Positions 22,512-23,660 of a DNA stretch of 23,660 bases are shown piece after piece. Made by a program: the position numbers and the translations under genes. Within the stretch, counting starts at the first letter, position 1. Each line of letters opens with the position of its first letter. The DNA is from a virus. The DNA lies in the IMG/VR virus record IMGVR_UViG_3300015195_000004, positions 65,050 to 88,709 of that record; one strand, given 5' to 3'. The notes under the pieces were generated by a model, which ran no database searches, was not told where the DNA came from, and was given only the letters and a program-made list of their open reading frames with translations.

Positions 22512-23660
22512 ATGTTATTTGAACCACAAGGAATCGGAAAAACGATCTTTACCTCTCGTTATGCATTTCATCCAGAAGAGACGTACGAAGGGGCTTCTAA
22601 TAGAGTAGCTTCCTGCATTGCTGCTGGAGAAACAGACTATAAACGATACCATCAGGAATTCTTTGACATTCTTTCACAGGGGCTATTTTCTCCTGGGGGA
22701 AGGATTATGAGAAGTGCTGGACGAGCAGTTCCTGCCATGATTAATTGCTTTACCAACCTCGCGGAAGACTCGCGCGAAGGCTGGGCGAAGATGGTAGGCG
22801 ACAACATCGTTATAGCCGGAACTGGTGGAGGATTGGGTACTAATTACAGTCCTATCAGACACAGAGGAGCAGAGATTAGGGGCACTGGTGGATTTGCCAC
22901 AGGTGCAGTCTCAATCATGCGAATAGAGAATGCAGCTTTAACTGAGATTAAAGACGGCGGCGGCAGACGTGCAGCTAGAATGATGTGTCTTAATATAGAC
23001 CATCCTGATATTGAAGAGTTTCTTCATGCTAAATTAGACCTAAAAGAATTAACCAATGCCAACATCTCTGTCTGGTTTAATACTGATCCCGAACTGTTTT
23101 TTGAAAAAGTAAGAAACGATTTGCCTCATGATTTAATATTTCAGGGGAAAGTAGTCAAGTCGGTCTCTGCCAGGAATTTGTGGAGCAAGATTGTTAGTCA
23201 CAGTTTAATGAACGGTGAGCCAGGAGTACTAAATGGGTACTTAGCAAATGATGTAATGAGTAATATCTCTTATACAGGTAAAGTAGTATGCACTACCAAT
23301 CCCTGCGGCGAGATACCTATGCAGCCCTACTCTACATGCTGTTTGGGGGCACTAGTTCTACCTGCGTTCATAAAACCAGGCAAGGAGTCTTCAAGTTTTA
23401 ATACTAGAATTGACTGGGAAAAGCTTCACCACGTAGTCACCACCTCTGTAAGGTTCTTAGATGATGTCTTAAGTGTTACTTATTATCCAACTGAGGAGAT
23501 TAAGAAAGAGTCTGCGTTAACTAGGCGCATTGGTCTAGGTATTATGGGCCTGCATTACATGCTTATAAATTTAGGAGTTAAATATTCTTCCCCAGAGGCT
23601 TTGGAAGTTTGTGACAAGGTAGGGGCGTTTGTTAAACATGCTGCATATGATGCTAGTACT
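22512..23660 (+). CDS. nrdJ: Ribonucleotide reductase catalytic subunit, probably class II (AdoCbl-dependent); partial, runs off the window
   Basis: Not in the ORF track (no stop in window). Manual translation: MLFEPQG...SRY...FSPGGRI...MINCF...GGGLG...GGGRRAA...HPDIEEF...GEPG...TNPCGEIP...CCLG...RRIGLGIMG. No ATP cone. Confidence 0.85.
   Translation, partial: MLFEPQGIGKTIFTSRYAFHPEETYEGASNRVASCIAAGETDYKRYHQEFFDILSQGLFSPGGRIMRSAGRAVPAMINCFTNLAEDSREGWAKMVGDNIVIAGTGGGLGTNYSPIRHRGAEIRGTGGFATGAVSIMRIENAALTEIKDGGGRRAARMMCLNIDHPDIEEFLHAKLDLKELTNANISVWFNTDPELFFEKVRNDLPHDLIFQGKVVKSVSARNLWSKIVSHSLMNGEPGVLNGYLANDVMSNISYTGKVVCTTNPCGEIPMQPYSTCCLGALVLPAFIKPGKESSSFNTRIDWEKLHHVVTTSVRFLDDVLSVTYYPTEEIKKESALTRRIGLGIMGLHYMLINLGVKYSSPEALEVCDKVGAFVKHAAYDAST

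Larger units (their letters stand above)
1..23660. mobile_element. Bacteriophage genome segment (replication/recombination/nucleotide metabolism module)
   Basis: Phage-type gene set: primase-helicase fusion, PolA without a 5'-3' exonuclease, RuvC-like, ThyX, RNR, HNH, Sak-like. Many small hypothetical genes, dense coupled packing, no cellular housekeeping operons. Confidence 0.93.

Noticed and set aside
1-23660. Stop-codon reassignment or tRNA genes
   Set aside because: Long genes are intact in code 11 and end in TAA, TAG and TGA; no cloverleaf or T-loop motif was noticed in the gaps.

Overview
This AT-rich window is a segment of a large tailed-phage (Caudoviricetes-like) genome and covers its DNA replication, recombination and nucleotide-metabolism region. 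The + strand encodes an HNH endonuclease, a primase-helicase, a Cas4/RecB-like PD-(D/E)XK nuclease with a LAGLIDADG intein, a DUF559/Vsr-like nuclease, RecA/UvsX, a DEDD exonuclease, a Rad52/Sak-like protein, ThyX, a RuvC-like resolvase, a family A DNA polymerase, peptide deformylase, ClpP, a DUF4326 protein and a ribonucleotide reductase that runs off the end. Genes are tightly coupled and are preceded by recurring sigma70-like TTGACA-N17-(TG)-TAnnnT promoters, several placed for leaderless mRNA. Four things stand out. (1) A putative ~374-nt highly structured ncRNA (977-1350) has its own promoter and a 5'/3' closing stem, and converges with an unannotated four-microprotein operon. (2) A three-gene exported cassette (lectin-like protein, GH-A-like lipoprotein with a paralogous lectin domain, trypsin-like protease) sits inside the replication module. 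(3) The intein is class 3-type, begins with Gly, and is inserted at the nuclease active site. (4) A winged-helix gene at the left end may be frameshifted. All calls come from motif recognition by eye; no searches were run.
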